A DNA stretch of 64,000 nucleotides, from assembly GCA_963758295.1 (NCBI GenBank), contig CAVWUU010000004.1, positions 1,120,001 through 1,184,000 on the forward strand. Reading direction: 5' to 3'. Position 1 is the first letter of the stretch. Every line of letters begins with the position of its first letter. The position numbers and the translations under genes were made by a program. The DNA is from Candidatus Eremiobacteria bacterium (lineage in GTDB: Bacteria > Vulcanimicrobiota > Vulcanimicrobiia > Vulcanimicrobiales > Vulcanimicrobiaceae). Of this stretch, positions 39,149-52,519 are shown in pieces. Below the pieces are notes generated by a model. That model was given only the letters and a program-made list of their open reading frames with translations, was not told the origin of the DNA and made no database searches.

Positions 39149-40357
39149 ATGGACTCCTTCGCCGAAAGCAGCCGCATGACTCCCGACGCGGATCGTCGAG
39201 TTCGCCGAAGGACTTGGCGCGCGTCGCCGCTGCCGGAGGCGGATGCACAGCGCTGGCCGCGCATTTGGCGCAAGCGGCGAGCGGCGGAGTATTGCTCGAA
39301 GACGCGCAGTGGCGGCATATCACGCGGCCGGCAACGGCTTCGACGCCTCCGAGCGCCCGGGATCTATCGCGGCCGTGAGCGTCGAAGAGCGGCGGCCGCG
39401 GGCGCATGGAAACGGCCGGCACGGCGAAAGCTTTCCGGTCCTCGCCGGGGCGCTGCGCTCGGATGGCTTTCGTTCTTTCCGGAACATGGGCCGCGACCCG
39501 GCGATTCCCCGCTCGCTGCGCCTGACCGCTGCGGCAGTCGCGGTAGAACTCTCGCGAAGCGATCGCCGGACGGCCCGGGCCGTCGCCAAAACTTTTGGGA
39601 ACGGCTCGCTCGGCGGCGCTTACGCGACACGCATGCCGTTCGAGACGACGCGGCCGCACGAGGCATAGCGTTCGCGCCGCACTACGTGGTCGTGGCCCTG
39701 GAACCGGAGTCCCCGAGAGCGGAAGCGATACCGGCCTCGCACGCTGCGCGCGCTCGCAGCCGAATCGTTCCTGCGACCGACACCGAGATCGGCGTCGTCG
39801 AACGCGGCACGCGCGCTGTTGATTCTTCGTACCCGCAGCGCGGGAGATCGACGCCGACAACGCGCGTACGGCCGCGACGCTTCTGCCGAAAACGCCGCGA
39901 AGCGAAAGCTGGCGTTGCGTGTTTCCGGCGGCGTCGGTTCAACGGTTCCAACGCTCGACGTTCCACGCGGCGTCGCCGCCGCGGAAGCGGCCCTCGCGAT
40001 CACCCGCCGCATCTACGGACCGAGCACGCGTCGCGGCGTACGAGGACCTCGGCGTCTATCCGCTGCTGTTCGAAGGCGCGTCCGTAGCGGCGCTGGACGA
40101 GTTCGCACGCGCGATGCTCGCGCCGCTGCGCGCATACGACGACAAACACCAAACCGAACTCGAACGGACTCTGCGGCTGTACTTCGCCGAGTCGGGCAGA
40201 ACGTCAAGACAGCTTCGAACGACTCAACGTCCACCGGCACACCGTCTTCTACCGTCTGCGCCAGATCGCGCGAAATCGCGGGCCGCGCGCTCGAAAGCCC
40301 CACGATCAACTCACTCTTCGCCTAGCGATTGCGATCGATGCACTCCACTACCCATGA
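39149..40357 (+). CDS. PucR/CdaR family transcriptional regulator (multiple indels)
   Basis: YEDLGVYPLL, LAPLRAYD...ELERTL, HRHTVFYRL HTH fragment. Confidence 0.75.
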
Positions 40358-41664
40358 ACCGCGACGCGCCGCAGAACAAGCGCGACGCCTCAAATTCGCC
40401 AAGGAGCGCAACGTGCGTTTCGTGCGCTTGGTGTTCGCCGACATCTTCGGCGTCAGCAAGAACGTCTCCATTCCGGTCAACGGAACTCGAAGCGGCGTTC
40501 GACGGACGCGTGACGTTCGACGGCGGCTCCATCGACGGATTCGTGCGCGGCGAAGAACTAGACATGGTGTTGCGGCCGGATCCCGCCACTTTCGCGCTCT
40601 ATCCCTGGTCGCGCGATGATGCCGGCGAAGCGCGCCTGATCTGCAACATCGCGATGCCGGACGGATCGCCGTTCGAAGGCTGCCCCCGCACGACGCTGCA
40701 GCGTGCCGATCGAAGGCATCGCGCCAGCGATTGCCGCGATTTGCGAATCGGCCTGGAATCGGAGTTTTATCTCTTCGAACGGCGTGAAACGGCGTTCGGT
40801 TCGACGGAGACGTCCGACGTCGGCTCGTACTTCGATTTCTCCGCGAACGATAGGGGTGAGGACGGCGCGCAACGCGATCGTCGCGGCACTGCAGTCGATG
40901 GGAATTCGCGTCGCTTCGGCGCACCACGAGCACGGCGCGGGGCAACACGAGATCGATCTTCGCGTACGAAGATCCGCTCGCGGCAGCCGACAACGTGTTG
41001 ACGCTTCGCACGATCGCGAAGCACGTCGCCGCGCAGATTCGGACTCGAAGCGACCTTCATGCCGAAGCCGCTTGAAGACGAGCGCCGGCAGCGGACTGCA
41101 CGTGGAATTCGTGCTCGGCGAAGGCGCCGACGAAGAGACGATGCTCTACGTCGTCGGCGGACTGCTCGCCCACGCGCCAGCGGCCACCGCCATCTGCAAT
41201 CCGACAGTGAACTCCTATAAACGCCTGGTCGCCGCTTGGGATGCGCCGATTTACACGGTTTGGTCGCGAACGCAGCGCGAACGCGTTCGTGCGCGTACCG
41301 CCTGCCGAGCGACCGCGACACATCGAGATGCGCAGCCCCGATCCCGCCTGCAATCCGTATCTCGCGCTTTCGGTGCTCATCGGTTCGGCGCTCGACGGCG
41401 TGGATCGCGCGCACGCTGCCGGGACACGCGTTTGCCGGTTCGACGTACGACCTTACCGAACGCGACCGCCACGAGCGCGGCATCGGCACGTTGCCGAAGT
41501 CGTTACGGCAAGCCATCACCGAATTCGACGGCGACGCGGTCGTGCGCGCGACGCTCGGCGATCATCTCTATCACGCGTTCCGCGATGCCAAGCTCGCCGA
41601 ATACGAACAATACCGCCGCGCCGTCCACTTGTGGGAGCACCGCGCGTACCTGCGTCTGTACTAA
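40354..41664 (+). CDS. Glutamine synthetase family protein (multiple indels)
   Basis: FDGGSIDGFVR, LICNI, HHEHGAGQHEIDL, TFMPKP, NPTVNSYKRL, EMRSPDPACNPYLA. Confidence 0.85.
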
Positions 41665-42791
41665 GGAGAAACGCCTCCCGTCTCGCGTTTAACCGCCGCG
41701 AGCAGATCCGAGAGTAAAAACGGACGCGGCAGTGTCGCATCCCAATCGCCGTCCACGGCGCCGACACCGACGAGGCGGATCGCGGCGCTTCCCGCAAGGC
41801 GGCGCACTGCCGCCGGTTCCACCGAATCCGAATCGGCTACTACGACGTCGCCATCGTGAAAATCGCCGCAAGCGTTCACTTCGTCCAACGTATCGACTTC
41901 GCGAACGCGATAGCCGTGCAAACGCAATTCGTAAGCCGCAAAGCGGCTTACGTGGCGATATGTCGATAAAATCGTAACGCGCCCTGGCCGCGTTTCGCCC
42001 GCTGCTTCGATCGTCGGCAGGACCACCGTAAAGGTGCTGCCTTCGCCGGCTGTGCTCGCGGCGTCGATCGTTCCGCCATGCCGGTCGACGATGCGCTTGA
42101 CGATGAAGAGCCCGATGCCGGTTCCCGCGAGTTTCGCTCTGCGCGCGTTCGAAGCACGCGAGAAACGTTGGAAAAGCTTCGGCATCTCTTCCTCGGGAAC
42201 GCCGATGCCGCTATCGCGAATCGAAAGCGCATACGTCCCTTCGTCGGCACGCAGAGCGATCGCTACAGGCTCACCGCCCGGTGAGTACTTGATCGCGTTG
42301 CCGATGAGGTTGTCGAAGACTTGACGCAAACGCGCGGAATCGCCGCGCACAATCGCTTCGCCGGAACCGCGCTCGAACGTTATAGGCCGTTCCGCGACAC
42401 GCGACTGAATCGCGTCTTCCAGAATTTCAACGAGATTGACTCGATCGTCGGCAATCTCGAGATCGCCGTATTCAACGCGGGAGAGCGCAACCACGTCGTT
42501 TGCCAGCGTTGCGAGCCGCTGGGCGTTGGTTTTAATGGTCTTTGCTGCGTCGGTCGCGCCATCGCCCTCGAGATAGCCCTCTTCAAGCAATTCGGCGAAG
42601 CCGACGATGGACGTCAACGGTCCCTTGATGTCGTGAGCCAAGGCGGCGATCAGGTCATTCTTAGACTGCACAAGCTCGACGATCGCAGCACGCCGGCGTT
42701 CGAGTTCTTCAAGGGCGCCGGTGAGCCGGCGCTCCAGGCGCCGGCTCTCCAAGGCGTGCCGTAATGCGGGGGTGAGCTTCACCTTGAGCAT
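41661..42791 (-). CDS. Histidine kinase without a sensor domain, with a degenerate C-terminal receiver
   Basis: HDIKGPLT H-box, NLIGNAIKY, DSGIG, GTGIGL; receiver-like tail ending LPRPF. Confidence 0.85.
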   Translation of the reverse strand: MLKVKLTPALRHALESRRLERRLTGALEELERRRAAIVELVQSKNDLIAALAHDIKGPLTSIVGFAELLEEGYLEGDGATDAAKTIKTNAQRLATLANDVVALSRVEYGDLEIADDRVNLVEILEDAIQSRVAERPITFERGSGEAIVRGDSARLRQVFDNLIGNAIKYSPGGEPVAIALRADEGTYALSIRDSGIGVPEEEMPKLFQRFSRASNARRAKLAGTGIGLFIVKRIVDRHGGTIDAASTAGEGSTFTVVLPTIEAAGETRPGRVTILSTYRHVSRFAAYELRLHGYRVREVDTLDEVNACGDFHDGDVVVADSDSVEPAAVRRLAGSAAIRLVGVGAVDGDWDATLPRPFLLSDLLAAVKRETGGVSP

Positions 42792-42920
42792 GCGGGGGGC
42801 GCCTTCGACTTTAGATTGCTTTACACTTGCCCAACACGCCCTTAAGGAGAAAGTCGACCGCCCGTTGGGCATCTGCGGGGGCTGAGTAGTGCCTGCTCGC
42901 CGAAGCGAGCGCTGAAGGCG

Positions 42921-44366
42921 TCACGGATGATGAAGGTGCGAAGTAAGCCCGGAGGTCTCGCGGCGCAGAATACGCCACGCGGCTTCCACGTCGCCCCGCT
43001 CGGTGCGCAGATTTCCGATCGCCAGGCGCAGTACGTACTTCCCGTCGATTTTCGTGTGCGAGATAAACATTTCGCCGGTCGCGTTGACGGCTTCCAGCAA
43101 TCTCGCGTTCAAACGACTCCAAGCCGCTTCATCGGTCATGTCCGCTTGGGCGATAGCGGAAGCACACAACCGAAAGGGGATGCGGCGCTGCCACTTCCCA
43201 ATCGGGTGCTGCTTCAATCCACGACGCAAATTCTTGCGCAAGCGCGATGTGTTTCCGCAACTTTTCGCGGAAGCCGTTTGCGCCGAAATGCCGGAGCACG
43301 AACCACAACTTGAGTGCGCGGAAACGGCGCCCCAACTGCAAGCCGTAGTCCATGTAGTTGCGCACGTCGCCATCGGCGGTCTGAGATATTCCGGCACGAA
43401 ACTGAACGCGCGCCGTACGCTAGCCTCGTCGCGCAAGAACAGCACCGAAGAGATCCATCGGCACGAAAAGCCACTTGTGCGGATTCACGACGAGCGAATG
43501 CGCGCGATCGACGCCGTCCATCAAGTTGCGGTGCTCCGGCAAGATCGCCGCGACGCCGGCATAGGCGGCATCGACGTGCAGCCACACGCTGAAACGTTCC
43601 GCGACGTCGGCAATTTCGCGGCACCGGATCGATCGATGTCGTCGAAGTGGTGCCGACGGTCGCGACGATCGCCGGCGGCCGCATGCCGGCGGCAAGATCC
43701 CGCTCGATGGCGCGCCGCGAGTGCGTGCGGGACCATCCGAAATTGGCGTCGCAGGCAACGCGAACGACGTTGCTGCTGGCCGATGCCAAGTGCAATCGCG
43801 GCCTTCTCGATGTGCGAATGCGTGTGCTCGGTGATGTAGATGCGCAAGCGCGGGAGGTCGCGGCCGCTCATGCCGTGTTCGCGAATGCCAAATCCGAGCG
43901 CCTTCGCGCGCCGCCGCCAAGCGCCGTAAACCCGCGATCGAAGCGGTATCGTAAATGATGCCGGTCCACGAATCCGGCATGCCGAACAGGCGCGCGAGCC
44001 AGCGCATCACGACGGATTCGAGTTCGGTCGCGGCCGGCGACGTGCGCCACAGCATGGCTTTCACGTCTAGCGTCGCAGCGAGCGCCTCGGCAGCGACGGC
44101 GACCGGCGCCGCGCTCGTCGCAAAGTAGGCGAAAAACCGCGGATGGTTCCAGTGCGTGATGCCGGGAACGAATGACTCGTTCGAAATCGGCGAAGATTCG
44201 CTCGAACGGCTCGCCTTCTTCCGGCGCCTCGAGCGGGAAGCTTGGCGGCGATCTCGCCCGGCCGGACGTCGGGCAGGACGCGATAGCGTTCGGGGTGGGC
44301 GAAATAGGCGTCGATCCAGCGGCCGACCCGCGCAAAGTCTTCTTCAAAGCCGGCTCGACTGTTCCA
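42921..44366 (-). CDS. Group II PLP-dependent (aromatic amino acid-type) decarboxylase (multiple indels)
   Basis: MLWRTSPAATELE, HVDAAYAG, NPHKWLFVP, LGRRFRALKLW, LRLAIGN. Confidence 0.85.
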
Positions 44367-44440
44367 CAATAGATGGGTGTTTGCGCCGGACGCGAAGAAG
44401 CCCGCCTCGGCCGCCAAGTTGCTCCAGGAGAAGATCGACC

Positions 44441-45477
44441 ATGAAATACCGCACGTATCCGAATTCCGACGTAACCGTCAGCGAAGTCGGCTTCGGCCTG
44501 TGGACCACCTCGACCGGCTGGTGGGGCAGCATGTCCGACGACGAAGCCGTGGCGATGCTGCGTGAAGCCCACGATCTGGGCATAACGCTTTTCGACGCCG
44601 CCGATACGTACGGAAACGGCCGCAGCGAGGAGCAACTCGCAAGCGCGTTCGACGGCGGCGCGAAAAGTCGTCTACGCGACGAAGTTCGGCTACGATTTCA
44701 CACGCAACGCCGAGCGAGCGCCGCGGCCAATTCGAATTGCCGCACGATTTCTCGCCGGCGTTCGTTCGCAAGGCGCTGGAAGAGTCGCTGCGCCGCCTGA
44801 AAACCGACTACATCGACATCTATCAAATTCACAACGCGCGAATGGCGCAAGTCGACGACGACGCGCTGTGGGAGTTGCTGGAGTCGTTCAAGCGCGAAGG
44901 CAAAATTCGCATGTACGGCGTCGCGCTCGGCCCCGCGATCGGTTGGCTCTACGAAGGCGTCGATGCGGTGAAGCAGCGCAACGTTTCGTCGCTGCAAATC
45001 ATCTGGAACATGCTCGAACAGTATCCCGGCAACGAACAGATCCGGGCGCGCATACGATTCTGCGCCGATACCGGATACATGATCCGCGTTCCGCATTCCA
45101 GCGGAATGCTCGAGGGCCACTACACCGAGGACACCGTTTTCCCGGAGAACGACCATCGCCGCCATCGTCCGCGCTCGTGGCTGGTCAACGGCGTCAAAAA
45201 AGTCGAGCAACTGCGCTTCCTCGAACGTCCGAACCGCACGCTCGGCCAAGCCGCGATTCAATGGCTGCTCGCGGAGCCGAAAGTGATGACGGTGCTTCCG
45301 AACATTTACGACCGCGAGCAACTCGTGGAATTTGCCGAGGCCGCCTGACTGCGCCGGCGCTCACGCCGCGAAGAAATGCAGCGAAGTCGCCGACGCTCTA
45401 CGCAGCGAATTTCGGGATCGAAGAACCGCCCATGAATTTCAAAGGCACGATGACGCGCGACGCGGTGACACGCGTAA
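44441..45477 (+). CDS. Aldo/keto reductase (indels)
   Basis: VSEVGFG, FDAADTYGNGRSE, SLRRLKTDYIDIYQIHN. Confidence 0.85.
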
Positions 45478-45859
45478 TGGGCAGCACGCAATCCGTTACG
45501 CACGGAAGCGCCCGCGCCGATCGGCCCGTACAGCCAAGCCGTGCAAAGCGGCAACGAACTGTTTTGCAGCGGCCAGATTCCGATCGATCCGTGCAACCGG
45601 CGAACTCGTCGACGGCGATATCTCGGCGCAGGCCGAGCAGTGCTGAAAAATCTGGCTGCCGTTTTGCAAGCGGCGGGCTACGATTACGGCGACGTCGTGA
45701 AGACGACGATCTTCTTGCATCGACATGGGCGACTTTGGCGCCGTCAACGCGGTATACGAAGCATATTTCGGCGATTCGAAACCCGCGCGATCCACCGTCG
45801 CGGTCGCCGGCCTGCCGAGGGGCGCCCGCGTCGAAATCGACGCAATCGCAAAACGCTAA
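45477..45859 (+). CDS. RidA/YjgF family protein (indels)
   Basis: IGPYSQAV, LFCSGQIPID, DVVKTTIFL, PARSTVAVAGLPRGARVEIDAIA. Confidence 0.85.
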
Positions 45860-47168
45860 CCGCGCTATCCGAGCCTCTTTTTGTTTTTCGCCGTGCTGCC
45901 TTTGGTATGCCCTGTGCTTCGACGGGCTGGAGGATGACGAAGGCGCTAGATAGGTTTGTCGGGGGGAGCGCCGTTTTTGATGTGGGCGAAGAACTCTTGC
46001 GAGAGGCGAACGATGTCGGGATCGGGAGAGAGTTCGGCGGCGCGGTATTGGCGATTGCCTTATCCCGATTGCCTTGCGCTTCGTACGCTTCACCCAAAAG
46101 CACGTGTAAACGGCCGTCGTCCGGAGCGGCGGCGATGCCTTTGATCAAGGCGGCTTGCGCCAGCGGATAAAGTCCGTGCTTTTCGTACGCGATGCCGATG
46201 TCGATGTACGCTTCTCTCGAGTACGGCCACATTGCGATCGCTTGCGCGTAATAGGCGACGGCCTTCTTCCAGTCGCCGTTTGCGTCGGCCAGATACCGAA
46301 GTTTACGAGCGGTTCCGGGCGTTCCGGAGCGACCTGATGCGCTTTTGTGAGCGTTACTTGCGCGACGGAGTCGTGTCCCGCCTCGAGTTGCGCGGCGCCG
46401 AGATTATCCAAACATTGAAAGCTTTGCGCTTCGATCCCTAAACACTTTTGGAATTCCTGAATCGCCGTGGAATAGTCGTGCATGTCCATCATAGACAACC
46501 CAAGGCCGTTAATGCGGTAAGCGAGTTCGGATCCGAATCGAGCCCGCGACGGAAATAGCGTTGCGGCCTGATACGGCTGATGCATCGCTTCGTAAACTTG
46601 TCCGAGTTCGGCCTGCAAATCGGCATCGTTGGGGTACTCTGCGGCCGCGCGTTCGACTTGTGCGCGATAGACCGCCAGATCGCCGCGACGCTGATGCAAT
46701 TGCACCAGGTCTCCTACGGAATCCGTTCCCGGCAGACTGGCTTCGAATTGTTTGATCGCCGCGTCGATGCGATTCTCGGTGGCATACACCGTGCCCAAAC
46801 GATTGTGCGTTTCGCGATCGCCCGGAAGGTCGTTCAGGATCTCTTGGTAGAGCTGCTCGGCGCGCGCCGTATCGCCGGTGCGGAAGTAAAGGTCACCAAG
46901 GAAGCGCTTCGGATCGACGTCGTCGCGGATGGTTGAAGACGTATGCCGACAAACTGCGAATCGCGCCGGTCATATCGCCTGCCGCGATCTTCTGACGCGT
47001 AGCCCGAATGGCGCCCGCCGGATCGTCGGGCAGTTCGTCGCCGGGGCGATGCTCCGGATTCACCATCAACGGAACGGCGCCGGGAACTCGGGTAACGGGA
47101 TCGCTCATGGCACTGGCCGTGCTAAGCGCGATGAAGACGGTGAATAGAGAAAGCGCGCGACGCCCCAT
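45856..47168 (-). CDS. Secreted tetratricopeptide-repeat protein (indels)
   Basis: Signal peptide MGRRALSLF..; repeated TPR helices (AELGQVY, NGLGLS, NLGAA, LLGEAY). Confidence 0.75.
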
Positions 47169-47233
47169 GGATGCCCCTCCCTGCAATTCCATTCTACTGC
47201 GGGACAGCGTCCAAAGGCACGCGTTCGTGACGG

Positions 47234-47650
47234 CTAGCGCGTGTTGGTTAGCATGCGTTCTAAAAGGTTCACCAACTGCAGGCGTTCTTCTTCGGTGAAC
47301 CCTTCGAGCATGCGCCCCGTCTCGTGATCGAGCAGGCGGCGAATCATTGGGCGCAGCCCGTTCCCCTTCTCGGTGAGGCGGATATACACCGAACGCGCGT
47401 CGCTCGGATGATCTTCGCGCTGGACCAGGCCGTCGCGCAGCATCCGCTGGACCGTTCGCGTGACCGTCGGCATTTCGACCGAGAGGCGATTGGAAAGTTC
47501 CCGCGGCGTCAAGCCGTCGTCTTCCCACAAGATCGAACAGGACCTGATACTGCCCAAACGCAGGCCTTCGACGCGCAAGTTCGCGGTCCAAGCGCGCCCG
47601 CAGGCGTGCGAACCGTCGCGCCGAGCGCGGACAAGCACATCAACGTTCAT
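47234..47650 (-). CDS. MarR family regulator
   Basis: LWEDDGLTPRELS..EMPTVTRTVQRM..GLV.R..DARS..LTEKG. Confidence 0.85.
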   Translation of the reverse strand: MNVDVLVRARRDGSHACGRAWTANLRVEGLRLGSIRSCSILWEDDGLTPRELSNRLSVEMPTVTRTVQRMLRDGLVQREDHPSDARSVYIRLTEKGNGLRPMIRRLLDHETGRMLEGFTEEERLQLVNLLERMLTNTR

Positions 47651-47653
47651 AAA

Positions 47654-49090
47654 TTACCGTAGCAGCGGCAAAACGTTGCTCGGAGTAAGCGGATAGAACG
47701 TCATTACGAGAACGCGAACGACACATGCTGCGGCGCTGGTCCAGGCGAGCGGCACGACCGGGTGAGGGTCCGCCGTCCGGGTGTGCGCCTTCGTCCCGCT
47801 GGTACATCGCACGAATAACCTTCGCATAGGCGTAGAGCGAGATCGCCGTGCCGGCGATCAGCAGCGCCGCCCAGCCACGCGTAGCCGCGGTCACGCTCGA
47901 CGAAAGAATGAGAATCTTCCGAGAAAGCCCGCCGTCGGCGGCAAGCCCGCCAGCGCGAGCAAGAAGAACGTCATCGCCGCGGCCAGCCAACGGACGGCGG
48001 TGCCCCAGGCCGCGATAGTTGCGCAAGCGCGAACCTTCTTCGCCGTCGTCCGAAAGCGTCGCCGCAACCGCAAACGCGCCCAAGTTCATGAACGTGTACG
48101 CCGCGAGGTAGTAGATCGCATAGCGCATGCCGAGCGGCGTTCCGCCGGCGAGCGCGGTGAGGATGTAGCCGACTTGCGCGATGCCGGAGTACGCGAGCAA
48201 TCGTTTGAGATCGTGCTGCGCGAGCATGCCGACGTTGCCGGCGATCATCGAGATGCCGGCGACGATCCAGATCGGCAGCAACAGTTCGTCCGCAGCGCCC
48301 GACGGCAGCGCCGCATAGATGAAGCGCGCGAAGACGGCGAGCGTTCCGGCTTTAGTCGCGACGCTCATGAACGCGGTGACCGGCAGCGGCGCGCCTTCGT
48401 AGACGTCCGGCGACCACGCGTGGAACGGCACGAGACTCAGCTTGAACGCGATGCCGACGAAGAAAAATGCCGGTGCCGATCCAAAAGAGCGGATTGGCGG
48501 CCAACGCGGGATTGGCGAACGCGGCGAACTGCACGCTGCCGCTCGCGCCGAAGAGCAGCGCCATGCCGAAGAGCAAAAATCCCGAAGCGGTCGAGCTGAG
48601 AATCAGATACTTCAGCGCCGATTCGCGCGCGGTCGCGCGATCGGCCAGGCCGCACAAACAGTACAGTGCGAGCGAAAGCAACTCGAGTCCCAGGAAAATC
48701 GTCATCAGGTTCGCCGCGCCGGCCATCAGCATCGCGCCGCACGTCGACCACAACATCAGTGCAACCGCGCCGGCGATGCGTCTGCGTTGGCCGATCGCAC
48801 CGTAGAGCATGACCGAGCCCGCCAGCGCGATCAGGATGATCTCCTGAAACACGACGCTGAATCCGCCGAGATGAAGCCGCCGACGAAGGCGCGTAGTCGT
48901 GGCCGTACTGCCGCGCGGCGCAACACGCCGCGACGCGCCAGCCGACGAGCGCCGAGGACGATCGCGAGGATATCGCGCAGCGTGCGTGCGCGCGAGCAAA
49001 TCGGCAAGCAGCACGACGAGCGCCGGTGACGGCAACGATTGCGATCGGTGCGAGCGCCGTCCAATCGGCGTTCGTAACGATAATGGTCAT
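47654..49090 (-). CDS. nuoN: NADH-quinone oxidoreductase subunit N (indels)
   Basis: LELLSLALY, ESALKYL, PFHAWSPDVYEGAP, KRLLAYSGIAQ. Confidence 0.9.
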
Positions 49091-50512
49091 CGGATCGACT
49101 CCTTGCGCGATGCGACGCTGTACGCGCCGGATTGAACACGGTAAGCGCATGCGGATTGACGCCGAGAAGACCAGAGCGCGAGCAAGAGCGGCGCGACGGC
49201 GAGACCTTCGATCCAGGTCAAGATCGCGCGCGCACCGGCAGATCGTCGACTTCGGGGCCGTTCATGATGCCTTGGAAAAGCCGCAGCATGTATGCGGACG
49301 CGAGCACGATCGGGATCGAGCGCGAGAATAGTCGGCCAGACGAGCCCGCTTGAAACATGCCGGTCAGAATCACGATCTCGCCGACGAATCCCGCCAGCCC
49401 GGGAAGCCCGAGCGCCGCAAGCGCCGCGATGCAGAGCGCGCCGGCAAGACGCGGATTGGCGCGCCCAAACCGCCCAGCCGCACGAGCGAACGCGTATCTT
49501 CGCGCTCTTCGACGTAGCCCAGTATCAGGAACAGCGCCGCCGAGAAAAGCCCATGCGCGACGATATAGACGAGCGCGCCCTGCAGCGCGATTGCGATTGA
49601 ACGAGGCAATCGCGATCACGATCAATCCCAGATGCGAGAGCGACGAATACGCTACGATGCGCTTCGCGTCGTTCTGCATGAGCGCGGTGAACGCGCCGTA
49701 GAGCAACGAAATCACGCCGAGCACGATCAGGACTGCCGCGTACGCCTTGAGGTAATCGGGCATGAACGCCATGCGCGATCGCGATAAATCCGTAAAGGCC
49801 CGCTTTCGATTGCACCGCGCATACGACGGCAACCATCGGCGGCGGCGTATCGCTGTAGGTCAGCGGCATCCACGTGTGCAGCGGCCAGACCGGCGTCTTC
49901 ACCAAGAACGCAAACGCGAAACCCGCGAAGATCCACGGGCACCCACGCGCCGACGAGGTGCACGTCGCGCCGGCCGATCACGTCGGTCGAGCCGTAGAGG
50001 ACGCCGAACGCCGCAGTCGCAAGCAACAGCGCGAGACCGCCGGCGAAATTGTAGATGAAGTAGCGCCACGCGGTGCCGGTGTGCTCGCCCCAGCCGACGA
50101 GCGCGAAGAAGACCGGCAGCAGCATGAGATCCCAGAAGAGCGCGAACGCCAGCAGGTCGCGGGCGAGAAACACGCCCATCATCGTGCCTTCGAGCAACAG
50201 CATCAGCGCGATGAAGTTGCGCTGGCGCGGAACGTTCGTCGCGAGAATCGCGCAGAGCGTGCAAAGCGCAAGCAGCAACACAATCCAGTAACGAAATGCC
50301 GCGTTGCGCCAAAATGGAACGATGACGTAAACGGACGCGAGAGCCAGCGCAGGCTCCACTCGGTCCTTGCGCCGCGAATGCGCCATCACGAACGTCGCCG
50401 CGGCAACTACCGTGCCGCACCTTGACTTGCGCGACCGTTCGTCATCGCCGGAAGCGCGAACAAGCACGCGGCCCGCGATCAGCGGCAATACGATGAGCGC
50501 AAGCGCGAGCAT
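49087..50512 (-). CDS. nuoM: NADH-quinone oxidoreductase subunit M (indels)
   Basis: FALFWDLMLLP, KTPVWPLHTWMP, KRIVAYSSLSH, GLPGLAGFVGE. Confidence 0.9.
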
Positions 50513-52510
50513 TAGTGCGCACCTCCGGCCACGAGGCGTAGTAGACGACGAAACACGCGACGCCGAAGACCAAGATGAACGCATACGCGCGCAGCAATCC
50601 GGTCTGGAACGACCGCACGAGCGCGCCGAGCCACTGCGCGGCGAGGGCCGTTTCGCGTACGGCGCCGTCGATGATCTGCGGATCGACGAAGCGCGCCGAA
50701 CGACGTCCCGAGCAGTTGCGCCGGACGCACGAAGAGCGCATCGAGCGCCGCATCGAAATAAAACGCGTTCGCAAGCACGCCCGGCATGCGCACCGATTCT
50801 TCGCGCAAGCGCTCGACGGCATTTTCGCATTGCGTTTGCCGTGGCGTAGCGGCATCCATGCGATGCCGATGCCGGCGAGCACGACGATAAGCACGATAAT
50901 GCCGGTGAGCCACTTCGCTGACGGCGCGGCGACGCAAGGTGCTCGCGCCGGAAATTGTGTGCGAAGAAGCGCGACCACGGCGAGTTTTCGCCGCCGAACA
51001 TGAGCCAGCCGATCAGAACCGACGGCACGATCAGAATCGCCGACGGGGACGTTCATGAGCCACGCCGGCGCGTGAACTTCGTGCGCGTCTTCGTGTCCCG
51101 CGGTCGTTGCAGTGCGGTGCGCCGCGATGCTTCTGCCGGGCTCATGCCGAGATCCGACGGATCGACGCTCGCCGCGGTAGTCGCCGAGAAACGTGACGAA
51201 AAGCATGCGGCACATGTAGTACGCCGTGATTCCCGCTGTAGCGATGCCGACGGCGTAGAGCCACGGATGGCCGTGCTCGAGCGTGCCGTAGATCACTTGA
51301 TCTTTACTGAAGAATCCGCTGAAGCCCGGGATGCCGCAAATCGCGAGCACGCCCGTGAGCATCGCGAGGAACGCAAACGGCATCGCTTGCGCAATCCGCC
51401 CATGCGGCGCACGTCTTGCTCGTTCGCGAGCGCGTGAATGATGATGCCGGAACCAAGGAACAATTGCGCTTTGAAAAACGCGTGCGTGAAAAAGTGCGCG
51501 ACGCCGCCTTCGTATGCGCCGACGCCGACGCCCATGATCATGTAGCCGATCTGCGACATCGTCGAGTAGGCGAGAATCCGTTTGATGTCCCATTGCGACG
51601 TGCCGAGAATGGCGCCCGCGATCGCGGTGAGACCGCCGATAGTGCCGACAAGCATCTGCGCGTCGGCGTTTGGCTCCAGAGCGGCGCGCAGCGCGCGACA
51701 AGATAGACGCCGGCCGTGACCATCGTCGCGGCGTGGATAAGCGCCGAGACCGGCGTCGGACCTTCCATCGCGTCGGGAAGCCACGTATGCAGCGGAACTT
51801 GCGCCGATTTCGCCGCCGCACCGATGAACAGCGCGACGCAAATCGCGAAGAGCCAGCCGGTTGACCAGGACGCCCGAGGCCGCAAACGCGTCGCCGAAGG
51901 CCGTCGAATGCACCGACGCGACGATCATGAAGACCGCGAACATGATGCCGACGTCGCCCACGACGTTGATGACGAAGGCCTTGCGCGCTGCCGCGACCGC
52001 GGATCGGTTTAAAGAACCAGAAGCCGATAAGAAAGTACGAAGCTAGGCCGACGAGGCCCCAGCCGACGAGCAGTCCGACGAAGTTGTCCGAGAGCACGAG
52101 CGTGAGCATCGCAAAGACGAAAAAGTTCAGTAGGCGAAGAATCGCGCGAACGCTTTGTCGCCGTCCATGTATCCGATCGAGTACACATGGATCAAAAATC
52201 CGACGCCCGTAATGATGCAGCGCCCACAACAGCGAGAGCGGATCGAGCAGCAGGCCGAAATCGAATCCCGGGATCCAACTGAACAGCGCTTGATGCGCGC
52301 CCGACGTAGCGCCCGCCTTGCGTGCCATCGTGCCAGGACAAGCAGCGTTGCCACGAACGCGGCGCCGACGGCCGCCGAACCGAGCGGACCGGCGAGCCGT
52401 TTGAGCTGCGGACCGAACGCGAAATTGAGAATCGCGCCCAGCAGCGGCAAGAGCCACAGCGCGAGCAGATACGGATAGTATCCGTCGACGCCCATCACGT
52501 GATGTACCAT
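50512..52510 (-). CDS. nuoL: NADH-quinone oxidoreductase subunit L (indels)
   Basis: [37 protein letters not shown]. Confidence 0.9.
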
Positions 52511-52519
52511 CGCGTGCAG

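Noticed and set aside
38651..40087. 478-aa Arg-rich ORF and similar Arg/Ala-rich ORFs in 37-52 kb
   Set aside because: Off-frame mosaics created by indels in the DGC, PucR and nuo genes.
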